From Candidatus Sericytochromatia bacterium (GTDB lineage Bacteria; Cyanobacteriota; Sericytochromatia; S15B-MN24; UBA4093), in assembly GCA_036676985.1 (NCBI GenBank), contig JAKFBU010000028.1:1-64000 (forward strand): DNA of 64,000 nucleotides, in the 5' to 3' direction. This document shows, piece after piece, positions 49,085 through 59,472 of the stretch. The notes under the pieces were generated by a model that saw nothing but the letters and a program-made list of their open reading frames with translations, was not told the origin of the DNA and did not search any database. Position 1 is the stretch's first letter, and the number at the start of each line of letters is the position of its first letter. Position numbers and translations under genes: made by a program.

Positions 49085-49597
49085 ATGGGTCGTCGACTGT
49101 TGGCGCTCGCCCTGGGCGGCGCCCTCCTCACCGCCTGCGCCCAGTTTCGCGCTCCGGGATCCGACGAGTGCTACCTGGTCCAGGAGGCGCCTGCGCCCAT
49201 GTTCCATGTAGGCTTCGTCACTCCGGCCTCGGCCGGGGCGACCGTGTCCCTGGAGCCCTGGGTCTTCCTGAGTGCTCCGGCCGTGCGCATGGACGAGCTG
49301 TTGCCTGGGACCTTCAAGGCCCAGGTGAACACCGAGACCCGGGAGATCCTGGTGACGGGGCGAGTGAAGCGCTCGGTCGTCAACCCGCAGGCCAACTGCG
49401 CCATCCCGGCGATCGCGGTGGTGCCCGAGGCGGCGACCTTGAGCCTGCCGGTGGTGCTGACAGCGACGGGCACCTACACGGTGCGCATCGCGTCGGAGTC
49501 GTTCACGACCAACCGTCCGCCCGCGCAGCCGCGCCCGGACGTTCCGGCCAGGACGTATCCGGAGCCTGCAGCGACGCGATCGTTGGTGATCGACTAG
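49085..49597 (+). CDS. Hypothetical lipoprotein (paralog 2)
   Basis: AGGAGG RBS; LTAC; shares FHVGFV.PASAGATVSLEPWVFL with paralog 1. Confidence 0.8.
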   Translation: MGRRLLALALGGALLTACAQFRAPGSDECYLVQEAPAPMFHVGFVTPASAGATVSLEPWVFLSAPAVRMDELLPGTFKAQVNTETREILVTGRVKRSVVNPQANCAIPAIAVVPEAATLSLPVVLTATGTYTVRIASESFTTNRPPAQPRPDVPARTYPEPAATRSLVID

Positions 49598-50346
49598 CTC
49601 TTGCGGGCCAGGTACGCGATCCGGTACGTCGAGGCCGTCACGGCATCCAGCGTGAGGCACTTGTACGCGTTCACGAGCTCGAAGCCCGCGGCCTCCAGGG
49701 CCTCGCGCACGTCCCAGACGGAGTACCCCCGGTGCCGGTGCACCTCGTGCACCCGCCGGTACAGCCCGCCGGGGCCCTCCTTGACGAAGTAGTCCACCTC
49801 CAAGGAGCCGATCCGCGTGCGCGCATCGTACGACGCCCGCCAGATCCGCGCGAGGTCCTCCTCGACCCGGACCTCCGTCTCGTTGCCCCAGGTGTTCGCC
49901 ACCGCATGCTCGGTGATGGCGTCGAACAGGAACAGCCCCCCCGGCACGAGGTGCGCCCGGACGCGCTCGAAGGCCTTTTGCAAGTCCTCGGGAACCAAAA
50001 AGTAGTTGACGGAGTCGTAGAAACAGGTGGCCGCATCGAAGGGGCCACCGGCTCGGAGATCCAGGAGATCCTGCTCGAGGAACCGGACCTGGGCGTCCCA
50101 GCGCTGGGCCTTTGCGCGCGCGATGTCGAGCATCGCCGCGGATCGATCCACCGCCGTGACGTCGTAACCCCGGTTGGCGAAGGCGATCGCCGCCGATCCC
50201 GTGCCACAGGCCAACTCAAGGACCGAATGGACGTCATGCCCCGACAGCTCCCAGAGCTCCCGAGCATAGCGGACCATCCGGAGCGAGAAGCGGCTCTGTC
50301 CGGTCCGGTCGTAGAGGGGCGCGTAGCCTTCGTAGAGGGCGTTCAT
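49594..50346 (-). CDS. Class I SAM-dependent methyltransferase
   Basis: VLELACGTG, VDRSAAML, DSVNY, PGGLFLFD. Confidence 0.88.
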   Translation of the reverse strand: MNALYEGYAPLYDRTGQSRFSLRMVRYARELWELSGHDVHSVLELACGTGSAAIAFANRGYDVTAVDRSAAMLDIARAKAQRWDAQVRFLEQDLLDLRAGGPFDAATCFYDSVNYFLVPEDLQKAFERVRAHLVPGGLFLFDAITEHAVANTWGNETEVRVEEDLARIWRASYDARTRIGSLEVDYFVKEGPGGLYRRVHEVHRHRGYSVWDVREALEAAGFELVNAYKCLTLDAVTASTYRIAYLARKS

Positions 50347-50690
50347 GGCGTGGTCGGCTGATACAAAAAAGAGGGCACGGGTACGAACAGGTACCCTGGC
50401 CCCCGGGTGGGGCGCCATTAAAACAATTTTAAAGAAAGATAAAAAAGACGCTAGAAATCAGAGTCAGTTGTCTATATAGTAAGAGATTGCCGAGCAAGAT
50501 CGTGCGGTCTGCCGTGACTATGGTCACAAACTCAGACAGCGCGCGCTGGACAACCTGGGGCATTAAACCGCAAGTGGGCCATTTTGGCAACCAAGGCCCA
50601 TCTCAAGCCGGAAAACCGGCGCGCCCCTTGTCCGACGCGGCTGCCACGGCGCCACGATCTGCAGGCATTTGATAGTGTAGGAGGTGCTAG

Positions 50691-51740
50691 TTGCCAAAGC
50701 TCGCCGGTGAAATGCTCGTTGCTGACATTGCCGCTCCGGTCCCCTTCGAAGAGGAGACCTTGACCCATACAGCTGATATCGCCTTCACCATGATCGAGGA
50801 GGAGCCCGCGGACGAGCTCGAGGCCGCCGAAGAGACGCCGGCCGAAGAGGAAGCCCCGCTGACCCTCACCAAAAAGGTGAACGTCGCCACTTCCACCGCT
50901 CACCATGAGCAGTCCGACGACTCTATCCGGATGTACCTCCAGGAGATCGGTCGTCGTCGCCTCTTGACCCATGCCGAGGAGCTCGACCTCGCCCGCCGTA
51001 TCTCCAACGGCGACGAGCGCGCCAAGCGTCAGCTGGTCGCGGCCAACCTCCGCCTGGTCGTCTCCATCGCCCGCAAGCACCTGGGCCGCGGCCTGTCGTT
51101 CCTGGATCTCATCCAGGAGGGCAACATGGGCCTGATGCGCGCTGCCGAGAAGTACGACTACCGCAAGGGCTACAAGTTCTCGACCTACGCCACCTGGTGG
51201 ATCCGCCAGGCCATTACCCGCGCGATCGCCGACCAGGGCCGCACCATCCGCGTGCCGGTTCACATGGTCGAGACCATCTCGCGCGTCAAGAAGACCATCC
51301 GCCTCATGAGCCAGAAGCTCGGTCGCCAGCCGAACGAGCACGAGGTCGCCGCCGAGCTCCAGATCACCGTCGAGAAGCTCCGCGAGATCACCAAGGCGGA
51401 CCGCGAGCCCATCTCGCTCGAGACCCCGATCGGCAAGGACGATGACAGCCGTCTCGGCGACATCATCAAGGATCAGTACGCCGCGAGCCCGCCCGCGACG
51501 GTCATGAACCGCATGCTCACCGAGGACGTCCAGATGATGCTCGAGACGCACCTCACCGAGCGCGAGCTCTACGTCGTGCGCCGCCGCTTCGGCCTGGACG
51601 GCGAGAGCCAGCGCACCCTCGAGGGGATCGGCCATGACATGGGCGTCACCCGCGAGCGCGTCCGCCAGATCGAGGCCAAGGCCCTCCAGAAGCTCCGCAC
51701 CTCGGCCATGAAGGAGCAGCTGCGCGGCTACCTGAGCTAA
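50691..51740 (+). CDS. rpoD: RNA polymerase sigma70 factor, RpoD/SigA family (could be a group-2 paralog)
   Basis: [52 protein letters not shown]. Confidence 0.92.
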   Translation: MPKLAGEMLVADIAAPVPFEEETLTHTADIAFTMIEEEPADELEAAEETPAEEEAPLTLTKKVNVATSTAHHEQSDDSIRMYLQEIGRRRLLTHAEELDLARRISNGDERAKRQLVAANLRLVVSIARKHLGRGLSFLDLIQEGNMGLMRAAEKYDYRKGYKFSTYATWWIRQAITRAIADQGRTIRVPVHMVETISRVKKTIRLMSQKLGRQPNEHEVAAELQITVEKLREITKADREPISLETPIGKDDDSRLGDIIKDQYAASPPATVMNRMLTEDVQMMLETHLTERELYVVRRRFGLDGESQRTLEGIGHDMGVTRERVRQIEAKALQKLRTSAMKEQLRGYLS

Positions 51741-51763
51741 GGTTCGCTCGAACCCCCGTCTTC

Positions 51764-51792
51764 CCCCGGGTCCGGCATCGCCGGATCCGGGG
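51764..51792 (+). terminator. Hairpin after sigma gene
   Basis: CCCCGGGTCCGGC-3-GCCGGATCCGGGG, short T tail. Confidence 0.45.
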
Positions 51793-51812
51793 ATTTGGCG
51801 TATCATGGGCCC

Positions 51813-52652
51813 ATGAACGAGCTTGTGACACCCGATCCCCTGCACCTGAACCCCGCGCTCGCCTCCTCTTTCCTCGAGCGCTTCCTGGTCAACGAAGTCA
51901 CGAAGGTGGGCTTCTCGAACGTCGTGCTCGGCCTGTCGGGCGGCATCGACTCGGCGTTGGCCATCTACCTCTGCGTGCGCGCCCTCGGCGCCAAGGCGGT
52001 CACGGCCGTCGCCATGCCCTACAAGACCAGCAACCCCGAGAGCCTAGAGCATGCGAGGCTCTGCGCCGAGGACCTGGGCGTGGAGATGCTCGTCGAGGAG
52101 GTGACGCCCATGGTGGACGCCTACTTCGAGCGCCACCCGGACGCGAGCCCCCTGCGCCGCGGCAACATGATGGCCCGTCAGCGCATGTGCATCCTCTACG
52201 ACCACTCGGCCCGCCTCCGGGCGCTGGTCATCGGCACGTCCAACAAGACCGAGCTGCTCCTGGGCTACGGCACCCAGCACGGGGACCTGGCCTCGGCGCT
52301 CAACCCGCTCGGCGACCTCTACAAGACCCAGGTCCGCCAGCTGTCGCGCTACGTGGGCGTGCCCGCGCCCGTCATCGAGAAGCCCCCCTCGGCGGACCTG
52401 TGGGCCGGCCAGACGGACGAGGCGGAGCTCGGCTTCTCCTACGAGATGGCCGATCGCCTGCTCTACGACATGGTCGATCGCGGCATGACCGACGAGGAGC
52501 TGTTCGCCAATGGCTTTGCGCCCGAGATGGTCGCCACCGTGCGCACCCGGATCCGGCAGAACCACTTCAAGCGCCGCCCTCCGATCCTGCCCAAGCTCTC
52601 GGCCCGCACGCTCGACAAGGACTTCCATTACCTGCGCGACTGGGGCGTCTGA
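51813..52652 (+). CDS. nadE: NH3-dependent NAD+ synthetase
   Basis: [42 protein letters not shown]. Confidence 0.93.
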   Translation: MNELVTPDPLHLNPALASSFLERFLVNEVTKVGFSNVVLGLSGGIDSALAIYLCVRALGAKAVTAVAMPYKTSNPESLEHARLCAEDLGVEMLVEEVTPMVDAYFERHPDASPLRRGNMMARQRMCILYDHSARLRALVIGTSNKTELLLGYGTQHGDLASALNPLGDLYKTQVRQLSRYVGVPAPVIEKPPSADLWAGQTDEAELGFSYEMADRLLYDMVDRGMTDEELFANGFAPEMVATVRTRIRQNHFKRRPPILPKLSARTLDKDFHYLRDWGV

Positions 52653-52765
52653 CGCCCGCTTGCAAAGCCCCATGCGATCCATGGCCATGTCGGCCGATGG
52701 TCTAGCGGCGCCCAGCCTCTAAGATGGGCGACCGGTCCAGGGACCGGCGCACAGAGGAGGCTTTC

Positions 52766-53011
52766 ATGCGCGGACAGTTGATGATGGGCTTGATGACGGC
52801 GATGGCGATCGCTGGCGTGGCGGCCTGCGGGCCCTCGCCCGCTGGCGGCGGTGGCGGCGGTGGCGTCCCACCCGCGCCCGCGCCGGACGGCGGTGCGTCC
52901 CCCAGCCCGGTTCCCACCAACGACTGGGGCGGCCGCCCCGACTCGGGCTGGGGCGCTCCGGACTCGGGGACGGGCGCTCCGGACTCGGGCACTATCACGC
53001 CCCCGCAGTGA
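52766..53011 (+). CDS. Small Gly/Pro-rich lipoprotein
   Basis: GAGGAGG RBS; VAAC; three PDSG repeats. Confidence 0.7.
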   Translation: MRGQLMMGLMTAMAIAGVAACGPSPAGGGGGGGVPPAPAPDGGASPSPVPTNDWGGRPDSGWGAPDSGTGAPDSGTITPPQ

Positions 53012-53205
53012 TCCCCTAGAACGTCGCGACGCCCGCCGGTGTGTGATCGGCGGGCGTTGCGTTTGCTCAGAGAGGTGTGTTCCTTATGCGCCTATCATGC
53101 CACCGGGCGAAAGCCCCGGCAATGAACGGTCGCACACTTGGATCGTGAGCGGGCTATCGCCCGGTCGCCCGCTTCTTGGAGCAAGCGACCGGACAGATGC
53201 CGGGG

Positions 53206-54924
53206 CTACCGCTTCTTGGCGGGAGCCTTGGCGGGGGCCTTGGCGGGCGCAGCCTTGGCGGCCGGAGCCGACTTGGTGGTCTTGGCCGGAGCCGCCTTCG
53301 CGGCCGGAGCCTTCACCGCAGCCGACTTGGTCGCCGTGGCGGTCTTGGCCGGGGCCTTGGCGGCAGCCGGCTTGGCGGCGGCAGCCTTCAGGGGCGTGGG
53401 AGCCTCGGCCGCCTCGTCGGCGTTCGCGTAGTCCTCGGCCAGCTCGACCAGGAGGCGCACGCCGATGCCCGACGCGCCCTTGGGGGTATAGGGCTTGCCC
53501 TTCTCCTCCCAGGCCGTGCCCGCGATGTCGAGGTGCGTCCACTTGTAGTTCTTGGCGAACTTCGAGAGGAACGCGCCCGCGGTGATGGTGCCGCCGGGAC
53601 GGCCGCCCGTGTTCTTGAGGTCGGCGATGTCGCTCTTGATCTGCTCGTGGTACTCGTCCCAGAGGGGCAGCTTCCACGCGCGCTCGGACGCACGCTCGCC
53701 GGCCTGGCGGACGCGCTCGCCGAACTCGTCGTCGTTGGTCATCAGGCCGATGGCGTTGCTGCCGAGGGCGATGACGCAGGCGCCCGTGAGGGTGGCGAGG
53801 TCCACCACGCCGCGGGGCTTGTAGCGCTCGGCGTAGGTGAGGGCGTCGGCGAGGATCAGGCGGCCCTCGGCGTCGGTGTTGATGACCTCGATGGTGATGC
53901 CGCTCATGGAGGTGAGGACGTCACCGGGGTGGATGGCGTCGCCCGACGGCATGTTCTCGGTGGCGGGCACCAGGCCGACCACGTTGAGGGGCAGCTGGAG
54001 CCGGGCGATCGCGCGCAGAGCGCCGATGACGGCCGCACCGCCCGCCATGTCGTACTTCATCTTCTCCATGCCCTCGCTGGGCTTGATGGAGATGCCGCCG
54101 GTGTCGAAGGTGATGCCCTTGCCGACGAAGACCAGAGGAGCCTGCTTCGAGCCGTTGGGCATGTACTCGAGGACGATGAAGCGGGGCGGCTCGTCGTTGA
54201 TGGAGCCCTGGGCGACGCCCAGCAGCGCGCCCATGCCGAGCTTCTCCATGTCCTTCTCGGTCAGGACGCGGCAGGTGAGGCCGACCTCGCTCGCCATCTT
54301 CTTGGCGGCGTTGGCCATGTCCGAGGGCGTCATGTCGTTGGCGGGAGCCGAGACGAGGTCCTTGGTGAAGGCCACCGAGCTTGCGATCGCATGAGCGTAG
54401 TCGGCAGCCTCGTCGACCAGCTCGACCATGGCCTTGTCGGCCACCAAGAGGGTCACGGCGTCGACGCTCTTCTGCTTGTCCTTGTCGAGCGTGCGGTACT
54501 TGTTGTACTGGTAGGTCGCAAGCTCCAGGCCCTCGGCGAACGCCTTGGCGGCATCGCCCGCGTCCAGCCCGTCCACGTCGGTGCCGTAGACGGTGGTCGC
54601 GAAGGTCTTGACGCCCATGTCGCGCACGGTCGTCAGGGTCTTGCCGGCCGCCTGGCGGATCCGGTCGATGGTCAGGTCGTCGCTCTTGCCGAGGCCGACC
54701 AGCAGGACGCGCTTGGCGCCGACCTTGCCGCCGGTGGGGAACACCAGCGTCTGGTTGAGCTTGCCCGTGAAGTCGCCCGACTTGAGGACGTCCGCGATGA
54801 GCCCGCCCAGGGCCTTGTCCACGGCGGTCGCCTCACCGGCGACGCCAGAGCCCTCGAACAGGCCGAGGGCGATCAACTCTCCCTTTTCGCTGGCGGGAAC
54901 GCCTGCTTTGACTGTTAGCTTCAT
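53206..54924 (-). CDS. pepA: Leucyl aminopeptidase (M17) with Ala/Lys/Pro tail
   Basis: GKGITFDTGG, MKYDMAG, NTDAEGRL, ATLTGA, HLDIAGT. Confidence 0.95.
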   Translation of the reverse strand: MKLTVKAGVPASEKGELIALGLFEGSGVAGEATAVDKALGGLIADVLKSGDFTGKLNQTLVFPTGGKVGAKRVLLVGLGKSDDLTIDRIRQAAGKTLTTVRDMGVKTFATTVYGTDVDGLDAGDAAKAFAEGLELATYQYNKYRTLDKDKQKSVDAVTLLVADKAMVELVDEAADYAHAIASSVAFTKDLVSAPANDMTPSDMANAAKKMASEVGLTCRVLTEKDMEKLGMGALLGVAQGSINDEPPRFIVLEYMPNGSKQAPLVFVGKGITFDTGGISIKPSEGMEKMKYDMAGGAAVIGALRAIARLQLPLNVVGLVPATENMPSGDAIHPGDVLTSMSGITIEVINTDAEGRLILADALTYAERYKPRGVVDLATLTGACVIALGSNAIGLMTNDDEFGERVRQAGERASERAWKLPLWDEYHEQIKSDIADLKNTGGRPGGTITAGAFLSKFAKNYKWTHLDIAGTAWEEKGKPYTPKGASGIGVRLLVELAEDYANADEAAEAPTPLKAAAAKPAAAKAPAKTATATKSAAVKAPAAKAAPAKTTKSAPAAKAAPAKAPAKAPAKKR

Positions 54925-55153
54925 ATGACTCCTCGTTGAGATGCTGCGGACGATGGTATAAGCTCGTCTGAATCTCATATTAACAGATTTGCGGCCGATC
55001 CTCACGCCGCCGCTCGCCTGATACCGAGAGGATCGCCAGGGTCCCCGGCGGTCTGTCACGATAGATTGATCGCTTGGAGGGTATAAAGCGTTCGTGAGGG
55101 TCTTGGCGCCGCCAGGCCCTCAAGCCGTCCCGATTCGAGCCAAACGAGATGCA

Positions 55154-56455
55154 ATGAACGCGTCGATACGGACTACCCTGGAAGACCTCAGGCCCGGCAT
55201 GGTCCTGGCGGAGCCCGTGTACCACCCGGGCAACCGTCAGCAGCTGCTGGCGCCCGGCACGGTGATTTCCGCGCACAACATCTCGCTGCTCTACCGGGCG
55301 GGGGTGCCTGCGGTGGTGGTCATCAACTTCAACGCGCAGGCGCACGGCGCTCCGGCTCATGAAGAGCCGGTCCAGGCCCCGCCGCCCCCGGCGCCGCCCG
55401 TCGTGCCCGCGGCCATGCCGTCCCGCGCCCCCCAGGCCGCGACCTCCAAGACCGGTCCTTTGGGCAACCTCTTCCAGTCGGGCTTCCTGCCCAAGCGGCC
55501 CGCTCCGGCGGCACCCGCGCGCACGGGCCCCCTGCCCCAGCTGCCGCCCCGCCCCGAGACCGGCCCCTTGTCCCGGGTCTCCGAGGAGCGCATCGAGAAG
55601 CTCGCACGCGACGTCGTCAGCCACAACGTCACCTCCATCCGCGAGATCGCCAAGACTTACAAGGACTCGGCGGCCATCGACTTCGACAAGGCGGACACCT
55701 GCGTTCAGACGACGATCCAAGAGATCATCATGAACAAGGAGATCCTCAACAGCCTCTGCGACCTGAGGGTCTACGACGAGTACACCTACGCCCACTCCGC
55801 CAACGTCATGAGCCTCTCGCTCCTCATGGGCGTGACGCTCGGCTACCCCATCGACAAGCTGCGCCAGCTGGGTATCGGCGCGCTGTTGCACGACATCGGC
55901 AAGAACCTCGTCCCCGACTTCATCCTCAACAAGCCGGGCAAGCTGACGGATGCCGAGTTCACGGTCATGAAGACCCACCCCGAGAAGGGGCTGCGCCTGG
56001 TCCAGAACCACCGGTGGGCCACGCCCGAGATCAAGGGCATCATTATGCACCACCACGAGAAGTGGGCGGGCGGCGGCTACCCCTACGGCCTCAAGGGCAA
56101 CGACATCCCCGAGATGGCCCGCGTGGTCGCCGTGTGCGACGTGTGGGACGCCCTCATCTCCAACCGGGTCTACAAGAAGGGCATGCCCCCCAACCAGGCC
56201 TACAAGATCATCCTCGACTCCATGGACACGCACTTCGAGCGGCGCATGGTCTGGGCCTTCCAGAACTTCATCGTGCCCTACCCGAAGAACTCGCATGTGC
56301 TCCTGAACTCCGGCGAGATCGCCAAGGTCTACGCGGTCAACCGCGAGGACCCCACCCGCCCGGTGGTGGAGCTGGAAGGCCAGTTCATCGACCTGCGGCA
56401 GCACGGACGCCTGGTGGTGACGGACCTGTTCAGGCCCGAAGCCCCCAACGCATGA
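55154..56455 (+). CDS. HD-GYP c-di-GMP phosphodiesterase
   Basis: YTYAHS, LHDIGK, HHEKW.G.GYP, DVWDAL. Confidence 0.9.
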   Translation: MNASIRTTLEDLRPGMVLAEPVYHPGNRQQLLAPGTVISAHNISLLYRAGVPAVVVINFNAQAHGAPAHEEPVQAPPPPAPPVVPAAMPSRAPQAATSKTGPLGNLFQSGFLPKRPAPAAPARTGPLPQLPPRPETGPLSRVSEERIEKLARDVVSHNVTSIREIAKTYKDSAAIDFDKADTCVQTTIQEIIMNKEILNSLCDLRVYDEYTYAHSANVMSLSLLMGVTLGYPIDKLRQLGIGALLHDIGKNLVPDFILNKPGKLTDAEFTVMKTHPEKGLRLVQNHRWATPEIKGIIMHHHEKWAGGGYPYGLKGNDIPEMARVVAVCDVWDALISNRVYKKGMPPNQAYKIILDSMDTHFERRMVWAFQNFIVPYPKNSHVLLNSGEIAKVYAVNREDPTRPVVELEGQFIDLRQHGRLVVTDLFRPEAPNA

Positions 56456-56462
56456 CGCTCGA

Positions 56463-56497
56463 AGAGCCTCGCCCCGCGGGCGGGGCTCTCGTTTTTT
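56463..56497 (+). terminator. Intrinsic terminator
   Basis: AGAGCCTCGCCC/GGGCGGGGCTCT stem + T run. Confidence 0.7.
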
Positions 56498-56587
56498 GTT
56501 CAACTGACGACGGAACGCTATCCTTCACGGAACTTTATGGTTATACTTTAAATGTTCCCGCGTTTTGGTATTAAGAGGTAGCGCTAC

Positions 56588-57466
56588 ATGGCAAGAATGG
56601 TGCGGTGCGGCTTGATTCAGGCTGCCAACGTCGAAAAGGACACCTCCAAGCCCATCGAGCAGATCAAGAAGGCGATGATCGATCGCCACGTGGAGATGAT
56701 CCACGACGCCGGCAAGAAGGGCGTCCAGATCCTCTGCCTCCAGGAGATTTTCTACGGCCCGTACTTCTGCGCCGAGCAGGAGACCCGGTGGTACGAGTCG
56801 GCCGAGCGGATCCCCGACGGCCCCACCACCAAGCTCATGCAGGAGCTCGCCAAGGCCTACCAGATGGTCATCATCGTGCCCATCTACGAGGAGGAGATGA
56901 CGGGCGTCTACTACAACACGGCGGCGGTCATCGACGCGGACGGCAAGTACCTCGGCAAGTACCGCAAGCAGCACATCCCCCACTGCCAGCCCGGCTTCTG
57001 GGAGAAGTTCTACTTCAAGCCCGGCAACATGGGCTACCCGACCTTCAAGACCCGCTACGGCACGGTCGGTGTCTACATCTGCTACGATCGCCACTTCCCC
57101 GAAGGCGCGCGCCTGCTGGGCCTCAACGGCGCCGAGATCGTCTTCAACCCGTCGGCGACGGTGGCGGGCCTCTCGGAGTACCTCTGGAAGCTCGAACAGC
57201 CGGCCCATGCCGTGGCCAACGGCTACTTCGTCGGCGCCATCAACCGGGTGGGCACCGAGGCCCCCTGGAACATCGGCGAGTTCTACGGCCAGAGCTACTT
57301 CTGCGATCCGCGCGGGCAGATCGTCGCCCAGGCGAGCCGCGACCAGGACGAGCTCGTGGTGGCGGACCTGGACCTCGACATGATCAAGGACGTCCGCAAC
57401 ACCTGGCAGTTCTACCGGGACCGCCGTCCCGAGACCTACCAGGACATGGCGCACCTCCTGCCCTAG
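56588..57466 (+). CDS. Nitrilase-superfamily C-N hydrolase (beta-ureidopropionase / N-carbamoylputrescine amidase-like)
   Basis: LQEIF, YRKQHIP, FWEKFYF, ICYDRHFPE triad. Confidence 0.9.
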   Translation: MARMVRCGLIQAANVEKDTSKPIEQIKKAMIDRHVEMIHDAGKKGVQILCLQEIFYGPYFCAEQETRWYESAERIPDGPTTKLMQELAKAYQMVIIVPIYEEEMTGVYYNTAAVIDADGKYLGKYRKQHIPHCQPGFWEKFYFKPGNMGYPTFKTRYGTVGVYICYDRHFPEGARLLGLNGAEIVFNPSATVAGLSEYLWKLEQPAHAVANGYFVGAINRVGTEAPWNIGEFYGQSYFCDPRGQIVAQASRDQDELVVADLDLDMIKDVRNTWQFYRDRRPETYQDMAHLLP

Positions 57467-57479
57467 TCGCTCCTCCGTT

Positions 57480-57507
57480 GGGCGCCCCCGGCTCGCCGGG
57501 GGCGCCC
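57480..57507. terminator. GC hairpin between convergent genes
   Basis: GGGCGCCCCCGG-4-CCGGGGGCGCCC. Confidence 0.5.
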
Positions 57508-57508
57508 T

Positions 57509-58102
57509 TCACTTGTCGGCCCGGAGACTCTCCACCGAGCAGAGGGTGGGCTTGCCGCGGGCCGTGCGCATGACGCAGCGGCCGCCCGCGATCACCACGA
57601 CCGTGTGGTCCTTGGGGCAGAAGAGCTCGGTGTCCGTGCGTCCCCGGTACGTCAGCCGGCTGCCGCAGGTGGGGCAGTGGTAGCTGCTGACGTGGCGGCG
57701 GGTCCGGACGGTGTCGAGGACCTCCTCGATGCGCTGGACGTACGTCTCGACCTCGTCCGGAAAGGCGAGGAACAAGTCGTAGTCGATGCCCGGAGGCATG
57801 TAGTCCTCCTTGATCGAGTCCCCGATGATGACGAAGGGGATCAGGTTCAGGGGCGGGTAGGTCGAGAGCTCCAGGAGCTCCTTGAAGCCCGTCACCTCCT
57901 CGTCGGGGTGCGTGATGGGCCGGTCCTGGGCGATTTGCCGCCGGTCCAGCCCGAAGACCATCACGTTGGGGTCGAACCGCCGCAGTTCGTGGCTGTCGAG
58001 CGGCGGCGAGTAGATGCGCACGTCGTGCCCGCGCGCCTGCAGCGGCGCGGCGAGCATCTCGGCGAGGGTGTGATAGCCGTCGATGACCGCGATCTTGGGC
58101 AT
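57509..58102 (-). CDS. Atypical receiver-like domain + Zn ribbon
   Basis: KIAVID...L..RGHDV...PNV; CPTCG...CPKDH. Confidence 0.6.
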   Translation of the reverse strand: MPKIAVIDGYHTLAEMLAAPLQARGHDVRIYSPPLDSHELRRFDPNVMVFGLDRRQIAQDRPITHPDEEVTGFKELLELSTYPPLNLIPFVIIGDSIKEDYMPPGIDYDLFLAFPDEVETYVQRIEEVLDTVRTRRHVSSYHCPTCGSRLTYRGRTDTELFCPKDHTVVVIAGGRCVMRTARGKPTLCSVESLRADK

Positions 58103-58260
58103 GCCGGTTCCTCGTCCCCGAAAGGGTGGCCGTCATGGTGAGCCTGTATCGCCGGAATGTCACCAGTCGGGCGAGGCCGCGACAAGCGAAGGTTTAACGT
58201 CCGGATAACCGAGTTTGGGCGATGGCGGGCCGATAACCATGGGGTCGCAAGGAGGTTCTC

Positions 58261-59412
58261 ATGCCCGACTTCTCGCTGCCCTCGATCTCGCTGCCCAAGC
58301 TGTCGCTGCCGAAGGTCTCGTTGCCCGGCAAGGACCGCTTGCTGCAGGAGACGCTCGAGGCCTATCACGGCGCGGTGGAGCGGATGGACTCCTTCGATCG
58401 CTTCACCCCGAGCCAGGCGGCCAAGGCGAGCCAGGGCTCGCGGCTGCGCGCCATGAGCTACAACGTCATGCTCGGCGGCAAGGACTACGCGGGCGTGCTC
58501 GCCACCATCCGCAAGGCCAATCCCGACGTGGCGGGGCTGCAGGAGGTCTCGCGGTCGAACGCGGAGCGGCTCGCCAAGGATCTCGGCATGCACGTGGCAT
58601 TCTATGGAGAACGCAAAGCCCCCTTCCAGGAGCCCGTGGGCAAGGCCATCCTGAGCAAGCACCCGCTCGAGACCGCCCGCCATGACCTGATGGGCGAGTC
58701 CAAGGACCACTGGGAGGCCATCAAGCGCTACTCCGCAAGCTCCGGCAAGAGCCTCAAGGACGCCATCCTCCACACGGAGCTCGGTTCGCGTCGGGGCGTG
58801 CTGGAGGCGACCTTCGAGGCGGGCGGCAAGAAGTTCGCCATGCTCGACACCCACCTGACGCTCAAGGACGCGCAGCTGAACGGCCGGCAGGTCGCCGAGC
58901 TCGATCGCCGTGCCAAGGAACTCGAGGCCAAGGGCTACGAGGTCCTCCTGGTGGGCGACTTCAACACCAATCTTTCCCTCAAGGGCGGCAAGACCACGGA
59001 TGGCAAGGCCTTCGCGGATCAGACGGACACGGTCGCGGAGTGGAAGCAGCGCTACGGTCATCCGAATGCGGGCAACATCGCCAACGCCGATAACATGCGC
59101 GCGGCGGATGGGCTGCGGGGCACGTTGCAGTCGGCCTGGGAGACGAGCGACAAGCGCTACTCCGTGACGACCCGAGACGCCGAGCTCACGCCCGAGGAGG
59201 CGCGGGCGCTGTTGGCCGAGGGCAAGGCGAAGCCCGGCTCCGAGGAGTGGAAGGTGCTCGCCTCGGCGGCGGACGGCGTGACGCACCTGGGGGCTGCCAA
59301 GCGTTTCGACAACATCCTGGTCTCGCAGGACCTGCACGTGACGGAGGCCGCCATCGACATGGTCTCCAAGGCCTCGGACCACCAGGCGGTGATCGCAGAC
59401 CTCGCGTGGTAG
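58261..59412 (+). CDS. Endonuclease/exonuclease/phosphatase family protein
   Basis: SYNV, LQEV, THL, GDFN, FDNI, SDH. Confidence 0.88.
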   Translation: MPDFSLPSISLPKLSLPKVSLPGKDRLLQETLEAYHGAVERMDSFDRFTPSQAAKASQGSRLRAMSYNVMLGGKDYAGVLATIRKANPDVAGLQEVSRSNAERLAKDLGMHVAFYGERKAPFQEPVGKAILSKHPLETARHDLMGESKDHWEAIKRYSASSGKSLKDAILHTELGSRRGVLEATFEAGGKKFAMLDTHLTLKDAQLNGRQVAELDRRAKELEAKGYEVLLVGDFNTNLSLKGGKTTDGKAFADQTDTVAEWKQRYGHPNAGNIANADNMRAADGLRGTLQSAWETSDKRYSVTTRDAELTPEEARALLAEGKAKPGSEEWKVLASAADGVTHLGAAKRFDNILVSQDLHVTEAAIDMVSKASDHQAVIADLAW

Positions 59413-59422
59413 GGACGGATCG

Positions 59423-59458
59423 AAAAAGGGCTCGGCCAGACGGCCGAGCCCTTTTTTT
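59423..59458. terminator. Bidirectional intrinsic terminator
   Basis: AAAAAGGGCTCGGCC-4-GGCCGAGCCCTTTTTTT. Confidence 0.85.
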
Positions 59459-59472
59459 GATCCGATGACTTC

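Noticed and set aside
51813-52652. nadE as part of the SIR2 NAD-depletion system
   Set aside because: About 28 kb away, core GC content, housekeeping context.
52766-53011. RiPP precursor for the NHLP exporter
   Set aside because: Has a Sec lipoprotein signal, no double-glycine leader, and lies far from the exporter.
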